Of a DNA stretch of 64,000 bases, positions 1-10,444 are shown in pieces. Position numbers and translations under genes: made by a program. The notes under the pieces are model-generated. The model was not told the DNA's origin and made no database searches. It was given only the letters and a program-made list of their open reading frames with translations. Origin of the DNA: Clostridia bacterium. GTDB lineage: Bacteria; Bacillota; Clostridia; Christensenellales; Borkfalkiaceae. Each line of letters starts with the position of its first letter. Position 1 is the stretch's first letter. The stretch is taken from NCBI GenBank assembly GCA_017397305.1, contig JAFQJB010000020.1:832-64831 (forward strand), in the 5' to 3' direction.

Positions 1-473
1 CGAACACCCGTTCTTGAATTTAACGAGGTAAAAGGCTCGTTAAAAGCAATGTGTCCGTCAACACCGCTACCGCCCATAAACAAGTCGATACCGCCGTAAG
101 ATGCAATCTTTTCTTCATAGCGAGCACACTCTGCCTCTAAGTCTTCCGCCATGCCGTTCAAGATGTTTATGTTTTCCCTAGGAATGTCTATATGATTAAA
201 GAAGTTATCATGCATAAAGTACCAATAACTTTGGTCGTGCTCTCTAGGAAGACCAACGTATTCGTCCATATTGAAGGTAACAACGTTCTTAAATGTAACC
301 TTGCCCGCCTTGTTCATTTCGATAAGTTTTTTGTAAACACCGAGCGGAGAAGAGCCTGTTGGAAGCCCTAAAACGAACGGACGGTCCTCTTTATGATTAT
401 TGATAGCGTCTGCAATGTGGTTTGCAGCCCATTCGCTCATTGATTGATAATTTTCTTTAATAATTAATTTCAT
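1..473 (-). CDS. nagB: glucosamine-6-phosphate deaminase, N-terminal ~157 codons (3' part lies beyond the window edge)
   Basis: Manual reverse-strand translation from ATG (473-471) gives [75 protein letters not shown]...[14 protein letters not shown], which is NagB-type. It is absent from the ORF track because it runs off the window. Confidence 0.85.
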   Translation of the reverse strand, partial: MKLIIKENYQSMSEWAANHIADAINNHKEDRPFVLGLPTGSSPLGVYKKLIEMNKAGKVTFKNVVTFNMDEYVGLPREHDQSYWYFMHDNFFNHIDIPRENINILNGMAEDLEAECARYEEKIASYGGIDLFMGGSGVDGHIAFNEPFTSLNSRTGV

Positions 474-632
474 TTTTATACCCCTTGAAATTTAGATTTA
501 CCTTATAATTATACACCTAGCGAACGCATTTGTAAATATCTAGAAAAAATTTTTTTGTACTTTTTTCTGTTTTTTTGCACTTTATAATATGCTTGTGCCT
601 AGGTATATAATCACAAGTAATAGGCAAAAATT

Positions 633-713
633 ATGTTAGCTTTAAGATTAACAACATATATGCAAAATACATATTTTGATAGTGGGAAGCTTGAAGCATT
701 GGAGACGAGATGA
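633..713 (+). CDS. 26-codon ORF whose TGA overlaps the mazF ATG (ATGA); possible mini-antitoxin or non-coding
   Basis: ATG at 633 encodes [26 protein letters not shown], with stop at 711-713 overlapping the mazF start at 710-712. The RBS is weak and I recognise no homology. Confidence 0.2.
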   Translation: MLALRLTTYMQNTYFDSGKLEALETR

Positions 714-1075
714 TTAAACGAGGAGAACTTTATTACGCCGACCTAAGCCCAGTTGTCGGCAGTGAACAAGGCGGGGTTAGACCCATACTTATCGTACAAA
801 ACGATACGGGTAATAAATACAGCCCAACCATAATCGCAGCGGCGGTTACAAGCCAATTAAACAAGGCAAAACTGCCCACACACATTGAAATTTGCGAAGG
901 GGAATTTGGGCTATCCAAAGACTCTGTAATTTTGCTAGAGCAAATACGCACGCTTGATAAAAGGCGGTTAAAGGAGCGCATTGGCGAACTTTCCCCCACC
1001 ACCATGCAAAAGGTTAACACCGCCCTCCTTATTAGCCTCGGCTTTAATGACGTTAATAGAACGATAACAAACTAA
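710..1075 (+). CDS. mazF: MazF/EndoA (PemK family) mRNA interferase toxin
   Basis: [37 protein letters not shown]...KLPTHIEI...[17 protein letters not shown] is near-collinear with B. subtilis EndoA. GGAG RBS lies 8 nt upstream. Confidence 0.9.
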   Translation: MIKRGELYYADLSPVVGSEQGGVRPILIVQNDTGNKYSPTIIAAAVTSQLNKAKLPTHIEICEGEFGLSKDSVILLEQIRTLDKRRLKERIGELSPTTMQKVNTALLISLGFNDVNRTITN

Positions 1076-1077
1076 AA

Positions 1078-1106
1078 AACGGATAGGCTTTCCTATCCGT
1101 TCTTTT
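1078..1106. terminator. bidirectional rho-independent terminator between mazF and the nitroreductase gene
   Basis: AACGGATAGG-cttt-CCTATCCGTT, flanked by an A-run and a T-run. Confidence 0.7.
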
Positions 1107-1634
1107 TTATACAATTTCTATTACTTCACTTTCCAATTTTCTTTTCTTTTCACGAAGGGGTGTATCAGAATACCCAAGCGCAACGGCAACGTTGCAAAGT
1201 TCTCCTTCTTTAAGCCCCACAGCGTCGCCTATTAGGGCTTGGTCAACCATGCCGATAATACAGCTGTCAACCCCCATACTTTTTGCTGAAAGGGTAACGT
1301 AGGCTAGCAGTTCGCCTATATCGTATTTAACGAAGTGGTTTCTATCAAACCTTACACCCGGCTTTAACGTGGCTTGCTTTTCCGCCAAAACGATAAACGC
1401 TTTTGCACCGCTTAAAAACTTGTTGTGACCATTAAGCCCCAAAGCAATAGCAGTTTTATGCACCTTTTCGGGCGACGTTACCACGTACATATTCCACGGC
1501 TGAGAATTGCATGCCGAAGGACTTAGCATTGCAAGGCGGGCAATTTCCGTCACAGTTTCTTTTTCTAATGGTTTATCGTTAAAATCTCTACAAGATTGTC
1601 TATTTTTTACAAGTTGCTCAAAATGCTCTTTCAT
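1107..1634 (-). CDS. nitroreductase family protein
   Basis: 175 aa. RQSCRDF...SACNSQPW matches the nitroreductase fold signature. RBS AGAGGTG. Confidence 0.8.
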   Translation of the reverse strand: MKEHFEQLVKNRQSCRDFNDKPLEKETVTEIARLAMLSPSACNSQPWNMYVVTSPEKVHKTAIALGLNGHNKFLSGAKAFIVLAEKQATLKPGVRFDRNHFVKYDIGELLAYVTLSAKSMGVDSCIIGMVDQALIGDAVGLKEGELCNVAVALGYSDTPLREKKRKLESEVIEIV

Positions 1635-1689
1635 AATTTCACCTCTACTTCATTATATAGCAAGAAAGGTGAAAAATCAACCGCTTTGT

Positions 1690-2082
1690 TTATAATTGCA
1701 TTGCCTTTTCTCTTTTATATCTCTCTACTGCTTGAAGATATTTTTCGGACAAACTTAAAGTATAACGTTGTTGCTCTTCATACGATAACGACGTAAAGTA
1801 TTCTTTATCGGTAAGTCTACCGATTGCATTCGACACTTCGCCCTCTTCGTCCAGCAGTTTTTTGACCTTGCTATAAAATTCTTCCCGCTCCTCGCTTGTA
1901 TTTTTGATGTCCCCGCTTATTTTTGTTGCGTAATAGTCTTTGACTTTAGATACGGCAACACCTTCACGCTCGGCCTTTTCGAGCTGTTCGTTTAGGTTTT
2001 TGTGATAATTTTGCCAAAAGCCTTGCTTTAAGCGTTTCTTGGCTTCCCTGCAATATTGTTTTAAGGTTTTTTGCTCTTCCAT
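1690..2082 (-). CDS. hypothetical charged/coiled-coil protein
   Basis: 130-aa ORF with RBS GGTGGGA, co-directional downstream of rpsU. No recognisable motif. Confidence 0.5.
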   Translation of the reverse strand: MEEQKTLKQYCREAKKRLKQGFWQNYHKNLNEQLEKAEREGVAVSKVKDYYATKISGDIKNTSEEREEFYSKVKKLLDEEGEVSNAIGRLTDKEYFTSLSYEEQQRYTLSLSEKYLQAVERYKREKAMQL

Positions 2083-2135
2083 ATTCCCACCATCATCGTC
2101 GACAAAATTCGACGTTATTTTTATTTTAAAAGTAA

Positions 2136-2165
2136 AAATCTACCGAATTTTTCTTCGGTAGATTA
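2136..2165 (-). terminator. hairpin plus U-run after rpsU
   Basis: AATCTACCGAA-N6-TTCGGTAGATT, followed on the minus strand by TTTTACTTTT. Confidence 0.6.
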
Positions 2166-2174
2166 TCGTTTTTC

Positions 2175-2354
2175 TTAGCCTTTAATGCTTCTCTTTCTAG
2201 CAGCCTCTGACTTTTTCTTTTTTCTTACGGAAGGTTTTTCGTAATGTTCCTTCTTTCTAAGGTCGCCAATGATGCCGTCACGAGAACATTTTCTCTTAAA
2301 ACGACGAAGAGCGCTGTCGATATTTTCGTTTTCACCAACTCTTACGATAGACAT
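2175..2354 (-). CDS. rpsU: 30S ribosomal protein S21
   Basis: Below the ORF-track size cut-off. Manual translation gives [71 protein letters not shown]. Confidence 0.9.
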   Translation of the reverse strand: MSIVRVGENENIDSALRRFKRKCSRDGIIGDLRKKEHYEKPSVRKKKKSEAARKRSIKG

Positions 2355-2400
2355 ACTTTTTCACCTTCCTTTGCCACACGGCGTTTCGATAAGCATAGTT

Positions 2401-2429
2401 AGTATACCAACGACAACTAATTTTGTCAA
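2401..2429 (-). promoter_or_regulatory. sigma-A type promoter of rpsU
   Basis: Minus strand reads TTGACA-17 nt-TATACT. Confidence 0.55.
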
Positions 2430-2445
2430 CGAATTTAACTAACTT

Positions 2446-3513
2446 TTACAAAACTTTTGACAAGAATTCTTTGAGCCTTTCGTTCTTGGGGTTTTCAAAG
2501 AAATCTTTGGGTGATGCTTCTTCCATAATAATACCTTCGTCGATAAATACTATTCTTGAAGCAACTTCCCTTGCAAAGCCCATTTCGTGCGTAACCACAA
2601 CCATGGTCATGCCTTCGCCCGCAAGTTCGGTCATAAGCTCTAAAACTTCGCCAACCATTTCGGGGTCTAGCGCACTTGTAGGCTCGTCAAAGAGCATTAC
2701 GTCAGGTTCCATAGCAAGCGCTCTTATGATTGCAATTCTTTGCTTTTGCCCACCGGATAAAGTGGACGGATATACGTTCGCCTTTTCTTCAAGTCCTATT
2801 CTTTTAAGAAGCTCTAAGCCCTTCGCCTCTGCTTGTTCTTTTGTCTTTAACTTTAATTGAACGGGCGCAAGCGTAAGGTTTTGCATAACGGTGAGGTTGT
2901 TAAACAAGTTAAATTGTTGGAAAACCATACCGATTTTTCTTCTTGTTACGTTTATATCTTGGTGGTTTTTAATATATAAGTTTTTAACCGTTTGCTTAAA
3001 CGCCTTTCCCTCTTTTTTCTTTAGTAAATCATTTTCTTTAATAAGCTTTATCGTAGCCTCGTCAACTTGCTCGTCGGAAAATTCGGGATTTTCGCCTTTA
3101 ATACGCAAAGACTCCTGCTTATAGGTGTTTGATTGCCTTATCACGTCAAAGTGAAGGTAGGGGTCAATCTCGTTTATAAGGTTGCCTTCAAACCAAATTT
3201 CACCGTAAGTTGGCTCTTCTAAAAGGTTCATACAGCGAAGGAAAGTAGATTTACCGCTTCCAGAAGGTCCTATAATAACAACCCTCTCACCCTTCTTTAT
3301 GTCGCAAGAAAGCCCTTTAAGAACTTTAACGTCACCAAAGTTTTTATAAAGGTTTTTAACTTCAATAATGTTATCGCTACCTGTAACCTTTCTGTTTTTA
3401 AGCGCTCTATTACGAAGCAACTGATTTAGTCTTGCCTTAATTATGATATACTGCACCAAACAAACTGCTAAAGTTATTAAGGCGCACAATAAAAATTTAA
3501 TCCAAGGATTCAT
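2446..3513 (-). CDS. polar amino-acid ABC transporter ATP-binding protein with an N-terminal TM helix and a large insertion after Walker A
   Basis: Walker [10 protein letters not shown] (aa 82-90), Q-loop IGMVFQQ (aa 194-200), LSGGQKQR, Walker [13 protein letters not shown]-loop VTHEM. N-terminus is [25 protein letters not shown]. Confidence 0.9.
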   Translation of the reverse strand: MNPWIKFLLCALITLAVCLVQYIIIKARLNQLLRNRALKNRKVTGSDNIIEVKNLYKNFGDVKVLKGLSCDIKKGERVVIIGPSGSGKSTFLRCMNLLEEPTYGEIWFEGNLINEIDPYLHFDVIRQSNTYKQESLRIKGENPEFSDEQVDEATIKLIKENDLLKKKEGKAFKQTVKNLYIKNHQDINVTRRKIGMVFQQFNLFNNLTVMQNLTLAPVQLKLKTKEQAEAKGLELLKRIGLEEKANVYPSTLSGGQKQRIAIIRALAMEPDVMLFDEPTSALDPEMVGEVLELMTELAGEGMTMVVVTHEMGFAREVASRIVFIDEGIIMEEASPKDFFENPKNERLKEFLSKVL

Positions 3514-3557
3514 AACTGCACCTCCTAAAGCATTGTTCGTTTTTCATCTTGATAACG

Positions 3558-4256
3558 TTATCTTTCATTTTTAGCAAGCCTCCTTTCTATTTTGCGAAGC
3601 GCAAAGGTCAAAAGAGCAACCAATGCAAGATAAATAAGTGCAGAGATAATGAGCGGGAAATATGCGTCAAGCGTTCTAGACTGGATTCTATACGCAGCAT
3701 ACGTTACGTCGCCAATAGCAATGTAACCAACAACACTAGTTTCTTTAATAAGCGCAATAAACTCGTTAAAGAATGCGGGAACGCTTGTTTTTATGGCTTG
3801 TGGAATAATAATTTTCATCATTGTTTTTCCCATACCCAAGCCAAGCGCACGACCAGCCTCGTATTGCCCGTCGTCAACACCTTCTAAACCGCCACGAAGT
3901 ATTTCAGAAACGTATGCACCAGAGTTTATACCAAACGTTATAATCGCAACGATTATGCCGTTTCCTAAGAATACCAAAACAATAAAATACATTATCATTA
4001 ATTGTAACACCACAGGCGTGCCCCTAACGATAAAGATAAAAAAGTTTATAATCTTGGTCAATACTTTCAATCTTCCGTTGCGTTTATTGACATACTTTAT
4101 AGTAGCAAACAATATGCCGATAACGATACCTAAAACTATTGCTCCAAGAGAGATAATTAAGGTATCGAGCAATCCTTCAAGATACATCATATAACGATTA
4201 TCAAAAATAAGCGTTCTATAAAATTGATTGCCTATCCATTCAAATACTTGTGCCAT
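3558..4256 (-). CDS. polar amino-acid ABC transporter permease (His/Glu/Gln/Arg type)
   Basis: 232 aa, multi-TM. EAGRALGLG...IIPQA matches the EAA-loop region. RBS AGGAGA. Confidence 0.9.
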   Translation of the reverse strand: MAQVFEWIGNQFYRTLIFDNRYMMYLEGLLDTLIISLGAIVLGIVIGILFATIKYVNKRNGRLKVLTKIINFFIFIVRGTPVVLQLMIMYFIVLVFLGNGIIVAIITFGINSGAYVSEILRGGLEGVDDGQYEAGRALGLGMGKTMMKIIIPQAIKTSVPAFFNEFIALIKETSVVGYIAIGDVTYAAYRIQSRTLDAYFPLIISALIYLALVALLTFALRKIERRLAKNER

Positions 4257-4319
4257 ATTTCTCCTAAGTTTACAATAAGGAAGAGCTTTCGCCCTTCCTT
4301 ACTACGTTAATGTTTTTGC

Positions 4320-5153
4320 TTATTTTACAAGCGTTTTTGCAGGAAGTTCGTCAACAACGATAACGTCTATATCGCCTTTCTTCAAAGCTGACATAGCCAA
4401 GGTAATTGACTTATATTGAACGCATTCTGCACCGCTACCTTTAAGTGCACCGTCGTCTATTTCATCAGAAATAAGGAAGTCACCAGTAGTACCGAGTTGA
4501 ACTGCAATCTTAAGGCCCTTCAAATCTTCAACAGTTTCATAAGAAGCGTCGTTTGCGCAAACGATATATTGCTTAGAAGTGAAATAGTTTGCAGAAAAAT
4601 CCATCTTTTCAGCACGTTCAGCGTTGTTGGTAAAACCTGCTGCGATGATATCGATTTGACCAGAGGTCAATGCTGCGGGAAGAGAGTCAAAGCTCATATC
4701 TACAATTTGAAGTTTGTAGTTAAGTTCTTCTGCAACGAACATCATAATTGCAACGTCAAGACCAGCAACACCGTCAATGCCGTAGCTGTTTGAAGCAAAT
4801 TCAAACGGAGCAAAGCCAGCTTCAGTACCTACTTTAAGGGTGCCAGCGGTGTTATCTGAAAGGTCGGGAAGATTGAAAGACAATGCTTCGGGTTTTTCTT
4901 CGCCGTATACAACGGTGTAATACTCAACGAGTTCGTCTACTATTGCGCCAAAACCTTCGCTAGCGATAACCTTGTTGCATGCTGCAAGGATGTTTGCGTT
5001 TTCGCCTTTCTTAACTGCGAAGCCGTAAGATTCGGGTGAAACGCCCTTCATTTCAACTGCCTTATACGCGTCTTTCTTTCCGCAAGCGGTCATACCAACA
5101 GCGAAAATAACAGCGAGCATAGCAGTTACGATAAGTGTTAATACTTTTTTCAT
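4320..5153 (-). CDS. amino-acid ABC transporter substrate-binding lipoprotein (family 3 SBP)
   Basis: Signal peptide plus lipobox AVGMTAC. GFAPFEF and AAGFT motifs. RBS AAGGAGA. Confidence 0.85.
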   Translation of the reverse strand: MKKVLTLIVTAMLAVIFAVGMTACGKKDAYKAVEMKGVSPESYGFAVKKGENANILAACNKVIASEGFGAIVDELVEYYTVVYGEEKPEALSFNLPDLSDNTAGTLKVGTEAGFAPFEFASNSYGIDGVAGLDVAIMMFVAEELNYKLQIVDMSFDSLPAALTSGQIDIIAAGFTNNAERAEKMDFSANYFTSKQYIVCANDASYETVEDLKGLKIAVQLGTTGDFLISDEIDDGALKGSGAECVQYKSITLAMSALKKGDIDVIVVDELPAKTLVK

Positions 5154-5219
5154 TTTTTCTCCTTTTTGTCACGTTTTGATATTATTTTTTGCAAAACACG
5201 ACTAATTTTTTATTTAACT

Positions 5220-5248
5220 ATTATAATAGTTATTTTTCCTTATGTCAA
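5220..5248 (-). promoter_or_regulatory. consensus promoter of the ABC transporter operon
   Basis: Minus strand reads TTGACA-17 nt-TATAAT, between the argF stop and the SBP start. Confidence 0.6.
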
Positions 5249-5257
5249 ACGTTTTAA

Positions 5258-6241
5258 TTATAACGTTGCCATCATTACCGCTTTTATGGTGTGCATTCTG
5301 TTTTCAGCCTCGTCAAACACGATTGACTGTTCGCTCTCAAACACTTCGTCGGTAACTTCCATTGCGCTAATACCAAACTTTTGATAAATTTCCTTACCAA
5401 TCTTGGTGTTTAGGTCGTGGAAAGCGGGTAAGCAGTGCATAAAACGGCACTTTTTCCCTGCGTTATCCATAACCTTTTTATTAACTTGATAAGGCAAAAG
5501 GTCTGCTATTCTTTCCTTCCAAACCTCGTCGGGCTCACCCATAGAAACCCAAACGTCAGTATAGATTACGTCGGCGTCTTTGGTTGCAACCATCGGGTCT
5601 TCTATAAACTCTAAAACCGCGCCCGTCTCTTTTGCAATCTCTTTACAAGTGTTAACTAGTTCGTCGCTCGGGAAGTATTTTTTAGGTGCGCATGCAACAA
5701 AGTGCATGCCCATTTTTGCCGAGCCTACCATAAGCGAATTTCCCATATTGTATCTTGCGTCGCCCATATAAACAAGTTTTTTGCCCTTTAACTCACCAAA
5801 ATGCTCTTTAATTGTCAAAAAGTCGGCAAGAATTTGTGTGGGGTGGAATTCATTAGTAAGTCCGTTCCACACGGGCACACCCGCATATTTTGCAAGGTCT
5901 TCAACGATTTCTTGACCAAATCCACGGTATTCAATGCCGTCGAACATTCTGCCAAGTACCCTTGCAGTGTCGGCAATGCTTTCCTTTTTGCCGATTTGCG
6001 AGCCTTGTGGGTCAAGGTAAACGGGGTGCATGCCAAGGTCAGCCGCAGCAACCTCGAACGCACAACGCGTTCTTGTGCTGGTCTTTTCAAAAACCAAAGC
6101 AATATTTTTGCCTTCGCATACCTTATGGCTAACGCCTTGCTTTTTTTGTTGCTTTAATTTTGCCGCAAGGTCGATAAGTCCGTTTATTTCTTCAGGTGTA
6201 AAATCTAAAAGTTTCAAAAAACTTCTGCCTTTAAGATTCAT
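5258..6241 (-). CDS. argF: ornithine carbamoyltransferase
   Basis: STRTR, HPTQ, DVWVSMG and HCLPAFH motifs. Confidence 0.9.
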   Translation of the reverse strand: MNLKGRSFLKLLDFTPEEINGLIDLAAKLKQQKKQGVSHKVCEGKNIALVFEKTSTRTRCAFEVAAADLGMHPVYLDPQGSQIGKKESIADTARVLGRMFDGIEYRGFGQEIVEDLAKYAGVPVWNGLTNEFHPTQILADFLTIKEHFGELKGKKLVYMGDARYNMGNSLMVGSAKMGMHFVACAPKKYFPSDELVNTCKEIAKETGAVLEFIEDPMVATKDADVIYTDVWVSMGEPDEVWKERIADLLPYQVNKKVMDNAGKKCRFMHCLPAFHDLNTKIGKEIYQKFGISAMEVTDEVFESEQSIVFDEAENRMHTIKAVMMATL

Positions 6242-6251
6242 AATTTTCTCC

Positions 6252-7415
6252 TTAATTTTTAACCGCAGTCTTTATTACTTCGACTGCCTTTTTAAGTGTT
6301 TCCATAGGGATATTAAGTGCGGGAAGTAGCCTTAGCTTATCTTTTGCAGTAAGACACAATACTCCGTTTTCTATACACTCATTTAGCACTTCTTTTACGG
6401 GGCGGGTGGTCTTTATTCCTATCATAAGTCCCGCACCGCTTATCGATTCAACTCCCTTAGCCCCGCTAAGTTCATTGAACACGTATTTGCTCTTTTTATC
6501 AACCTCTAATAAAAACTCGTCGGTCAAACGCTCTAAAACCGATATAGCGCCCGCAGCACACACGGGGTTTCCGCCAAAGGTTGAGCCGTGGTCACCAAAG
6601 CCTAAAACAGCCTCGGTTTTTTGGTTCATCAAACAACAACCGATAGGAAGTCCCCCACCAAGTCCTTTTGCAGTGGTAACTACGTCGGGGGTTATACCAA
6701 AATTCATATACGAATAAAGTTTGCCAGTCCTTCCGTTGCCCGTTTGAACTTCGTCCACAATCAAAATCAAATCGTTTTCATTGCAAACTTCTTGAACGCC
6801 CAAAACAAAGTCTTTATCAAGGCAGTTAACACCGCCCTCACCTTGCACGCATTCAATCATTACCGCACAAGCCTTGTTGTTTTTAACCGCCTCTTTAAGC
6901 GCTTCTAAGTCGTTTGCGGGGGTATGAACAAACCCCGGTACAAGCGGGTTAAAGAGCTCGTGGAACTTATCTTGCCCGGTTGCGGATAGGGTTGCAAGCG
7001 TTCTTCCGTGGAAGCTGTTTTGCAAGGTTATGATAACGTTATAATCTTTGCCTTTTTTGTCGGCTGCATATTTTCTTGCTACCTTTATTGCACATTCGTT
7101 AGCCTCTGCACCAGAGTTTCCAAAGAACACTTTATTCATGCCCGTTTTGGTGCACAAAATTTCAGCAAGACGAGCGCAAGGCTCGGTATAATATAGGTTA
7201 GAAGTGTGTTGCACCTTGCCTAACTGCGCAGTAACGGCACTTATCCACTCTTCATCGGCAATACCGAAAGCGGTTACACCTATACCAGAGCCCATGTCAA
7301 TATATTCTTTACCCTCGGTAGAGTATAGATAACTACCCTTTCCGCTCACAATTTCTACAGGGAAACGTGCGTAGGTGTTTGCAACGTAAGTTTTGTCAAG
7401 TTGGGTTAGTTTCAT
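6252..7415 (-). CDS. argD: acetylornithine aminotransferase
   Basis: Class III PLP aminotransferase (GSGIGV.., [21 protein letters not shown]). Start moved to MKLTQLDK (ATG 7415) with RBS GGAGA, 1 nt after the argB stop. Confidence 0.9.
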   Translation of the reverse strand: MKLTQLDKTYVANTYARFPVEIVSGKGSYLYSTEGKEYIDMGSGIGVTAFGIADEEWISAVTAQLGKVQHTSNLYYTEPCARLAEILCTKTGMNKVFFGNSGAEANECAIKVARKYAADKKGKDYNVIITLQNSFHGRTLATLSATGQDKFHELFNPLVPGFVHTPANDLEALKEAVKNNKACAVMIECVQGEGGVNCLDKDFVLGVQEVCNENDLILIVDEVQTGNGRTGKLYSYMNFGITPDVVTTAKGLGGGLPIGCCLMNQKTEAVLGFGDHGSTFGGNPVCAAGAISVLERLTDEFLLEVDKKSKYVFNELSGAKGVESISGAGLMIGIKTTRPVKEVLNECIENGVLCLTAKDKLRLLPALNIPMETLKKAVEVIKTAVKN

Positions 7416-7416
7416 T

Positions 7417-8280
7417 TTAGTCTCCGTGAACCATTGTTCCCGCACCTTCGTCGGTAAACAGCTCCATCAAAATTGAATGTGGCACTCTGCCATCCATAAT
7501 AATAACCTTTTTAACCCCCTTGTTGATTGCCTCTACACAGCAATCAACCTTGGGTATCATACCGCCCGAAATAACACCGCTTTCATAAAGCTCTTTTGCC
7601 TGACTTACGGAAATGTCGGGAATCAAGGTTGAAGGGTCGTCTTTATCCTTTAGTACACCCGCGATATCGGTCATCATAATAAGACGCTTTGCGTTCAATG
7701 CGCCCGCAATGAAAGCCGCAGCAGTATCCGCATTTATGTTGTACACGTTACCTTCCTTATCACAGCCGATAGTGGACACTACGGGGATATAGCCCTTTTC
7801 AAGAAGGTCTTCCACCGCACCGATATTGACCTTTTCAATCTTACCTACAAAGCCTAGTTTTTGGTTTTTAACCGATGCTTCGATAAGGCTTCCGTCAATA
7901 CCCGATATACCCATTGCCTTTCCGCCGTTAACGTTAAGGAAGTTTACGAGTGATTTGTTTATTTTACCGGCTAGAACCATTTGCGCAATGTCAACCGTCT
8001 CTTTATCGGTAACGCGAAGCCCGTCCACAAACTCCGACTTCTTGCCGAGTTTATCCATCATTTCGGAAATTTCAGGCCCGCCACCGTGCACAAGAACGAC
8101 TTTAACGCCCGTAAGCCAAAGAAGAACGATGTCTTCCATAACTTGTTCTTTAAGGCTTTGGTTTATCATTGCGTTTCCGCCGTATTTGATAACAACGATT
8201 TCACCGCTGTATCTCTTTATATAAGGAAGTGCTTGAACCAACACTTCCGCGCGTTGCATATTGGAAAAATGCTTATCCAT
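7417..8280 (-). CDS. argB: acetylglutamate kinase
   Basis: VIKYGGNAM...VLVHGGGP...NINADTAA motifs. Confidence 0.9.
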   Translation of the reverse strand: MDKHFSNMQRAEVLVQALPYIKRYSGEIVVIKYGGNAMINQSLKEQVMEDIVLLWLTGVKVVLVHGGGPEISEMMDKLGKKSEFVDGLRVTDKETVDIAQMVLAGKINKSLVNFLNVNGGKAMGISGIDGSLIEASVKNQKLGFVGKIEKVNIGAVEDLLEKGYIPVVSTIGCDKEGNVYNINADTAAAFIAGALNAKRLIMMTDIAGVLKDKDDPSTLIPDISVSQAKELYESGVISGGMIPKVDCCVEAINKGVKKVIIMDGRVPHSILMELFTDEGAGTMVHGD

Positions 8281-8292
8281 AAATTCACCTTT

Positions 8293-9507
8293 TTAAGTAC
8301 GGTAATCACCGTTTATTTTTACGTAATCGTAGGTTAAATCGCAACCCCAAGCGGTTGAAGAATATTCCCCGTCGTTAAGGTTAACGAGAATTTCAATTTC
8401 CTTTTCAAGCAAAATTTCTTTTGCTTTTTCTTCGGAAAACTCTACCCCGCTACCGTTTTTGCAAACCAAAATCTCGCCTTTTATAGACTTAAACGCAACG
8501 TCAATCTTGTTAACGTCAACGTCCGCACCGCTATAACCTATTGCACAGAGCACGCGTCCCCAGTTTGCGTCAGCACCGAACATAGCCGCCTTTAACAAGC
8601 TTGAACAAATTACGCTCTTTGCAACAATCTTTGCTTGACTTTTTGTTTTCGCGTTAGACGTTTTGCATTCCAAAAGTTTGGTTGCACCTTCGCCGTCACT
8701 TGCAATCATCTTGCAAAGCGCAACGGTAACGCTGTTTAGTGCGGTCATGAACGCATTAAAGTCTTCACCCTCTGCAGTAATCTTTTCATTTCCCGCAAGT
8801 CCGTTTGCAAGCACGGTTACCATATCGTTAGTTGACGTATCGCCGTCAATACTTAACATATTAAAAATATTTTGAATGTCGGTAGACAATGCTTTTTGGA
8901 GCATATCAGCACTTATGCATACGTCCGAAGTGATAAACACTAGCATAGTTGCCATGTTGGGATGAATCATACCGCTACCCTTAGCGATACCACCCATACG
9001 ACAAACCTTTCCACCGATTGTAAACTCAACCGCAACCTCTTTTTTTGCTAAGTCGGTTGTCATAATAGCCTCAGCAGCACTTTCACCGCCATAGGCACTA
9101 AGTCCGTTAACCAACTCGTCCATACCGTTTTTTATAGGTTCGATGTCGAGCGGTTGACCGATAACACCAGTTGATGCTACAACTACGTCGCTTGATTTAA
9201 TTCCCGTCTTTTCGCTGACAAGTTTACTCATTGCCTCTGCAATAACAATTCCGTTTGCGTTGCAAGTGTTTGCGTTTCCGCTGTTGCAAATAACCGCTTG
9301 AGCAATGCCGTCGGCAATGTGGGTTTTAGTCACGGTAAGGGGTGCGCCCTTAACCAAGTTAGTAGTATATACTGCAGCGGTAGTTGCAGGAACTTCACTA
9401 ACGATAAGTGCTAAGTCCTTTTTGGTGCGGTTTTTTCTTATTCCGCAATGAACACCGTTTGCCTTAAAACCTTTTGCAGCGCACACGCCACCTTGAATAA
9501 TCTTCAT
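8293..9507 (-). CDS. argJ: bifunctional ornithine acetyltransferase / N-acetylglutamate synthase
   Basis: KGFKANGVHCGI, autoproteolysis site HPNMATMLVF, and C-terminal INGDYRT. Start set at MKIIQGG (RBS GAGAGGA). Confidence 0.9.
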   Translation of the reverse strand: MKIIQGGVCAAKGFKANGVHCGIRKNRTKKDLALIVSEVPATTAAVYTTNLVKGAPLTVTKTHIADGIAQAVICNSGNANTCNANGIVIAEAMSKLVSEKTGIKSSDVVVASTGVIGQPLDIEPIKNGMDELVNGLSAYGGESAAEAIMTTDLAKKEVAVEFTIGGKVCRMGGIAKGSGMIHPNMATMLVFITSDVCISADMLQKALSTDIQNIFNMLSIDGDTSTNDMVTVLANGLAGNEKITAEGEDFNAFMTALNSVTVALCKMIASDGEGATKLLECKTSNAKTKSQAKIVAKSVICSSLLKAAMFGADANWGRVLCAIGYSGADVDVNKIDVAFKSIKGEILVCKNGSGVEFSEEKAKEILLEKEIEILVNLNDGEYSSTAWGCDLTYDYVKINGDYRT

Positions 9508-9520
9508 TTTCAGTCCTCTC

Positions 9521-10444
9521 TTAAAGTATAAGTCCTTTTGTTTCGTCAAGTCCCAAAAGAACGTTCATATTTTGAATTGCGGCACCTGACGCGCCTTTAC
9601 CAAGGTTGTCAAACCTCGATACCAATATTAATCTCTCTTCATTGCCGTGCACGGAAATTTCCATGCCGTCTTTTCCGCTAAATGCCGATGCGGAGAGCAG
9701 TCCACCCTCGCCCGCTTGTTCGTTAAACTTAACTATCTCCCCCGTATAGAGTTCTCTATAAACCTCTTTAACCTTGTCTATTCCGCAATTTAAGTCACTT
9801 GCAAAGATAGGAATTGTAACTTCCATACCGCAAGCATAGTCGCTTACTATTGGGCAAAACACGGGGGCAAAATCTAGTCCACAAACCGCTTTGATTTCGG
9901 GCAAGTGCTTATGTTGTTGGGAAAGTGCGTATTGGCGGGGTGCGTCGAATAAACTAGGTCTATTCTCGTCCTCGTATTCGGCAATCATCTTCTTTCCGCC
10001 ACCAGTGTAGCCCGTTATCGAAAAGCAAGTTAGTTTTGCATCTTTTTTAAGCACACCCGCGTCGATAAGCGGGTTAATCAGCGAAACGAAACCGCTTGCG
10101 TGACAGCCGGGGTTTGCAATTCGCTTGGAATTTTTAATCTTTTCTCTATATCCTTTTAATTCGGGAAAACCATACGCCCAATCGGGATTGGTTCTATGCG
10201 CAGTAGAAGTATCAATAACTTTAACCGCGGGGTTTTCTATTAACGATACCGCTTCTATTGCCGCAGCATCCGGAAGGCACAAGAATGCAAGGTCGCAAGA
10301 GTTGATTGCCTCTTTCCTATATTCTACTTCCTTTCTATGTTCTTCGGGAAGAATTATTAATTTTATATCTTCCCTACTTTTAAGGCGGTCAAAAATCTTT
10401 AAGCCCGTTGTTCCAGCACTGCCGTCTATGAATACTTTATACAT
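9521..10444 (-). CDS. argC: N-acetyl-gamma-glutamyl-phosphate reductase (short type)
   Basis: GSAGTTGL Rossmann motif and active-site NPGCHASG. Start set at MYKVFIDG. Confidence 0.85.
   Translation of the reverse strand: MYKVFIDGSAGTTGLKIFDRLKSREDIKLIILPEEHRKEVEYRKEAINSCDLAFLCLPDAAAIEAVSLIENPAVKVIDTSTAHRTNPDWAYGFPELKGYREKIKNSKRIANPGCHASGFVSLINPLIDAGVLKKDAKLTCFSITGYTGGGKKMIAEYEDENRPSLFDAPRQYALSQQHKHLPEIKAVCGLDFAPVFCPIVSDYACGMEVTIPIFASDLNCGIDKVKEVYRELYTGEIVKFNEQAGEGGLLSASAFSGKDGMEISVHGNEERLILVSRFDNLGKGASGAAIQNMNVLLGLDETKGLIL

Noticed and set aside
733-1020. 95-aa minus-strand ORF inside mazF
   Set aside because: It lies entirely antisense to a well-supported conserved gene. It has no RBS and low-complexity Ser/Leu-rich content, so it is a shadow ORF. 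The same reasoning applies to the other antisense ORFs in the track, for example 2423-2860, 5815-6102, 10750-11316, 17065-17328, 28285-28677, 47404-47874, 54664-55068 and 62213-62683.
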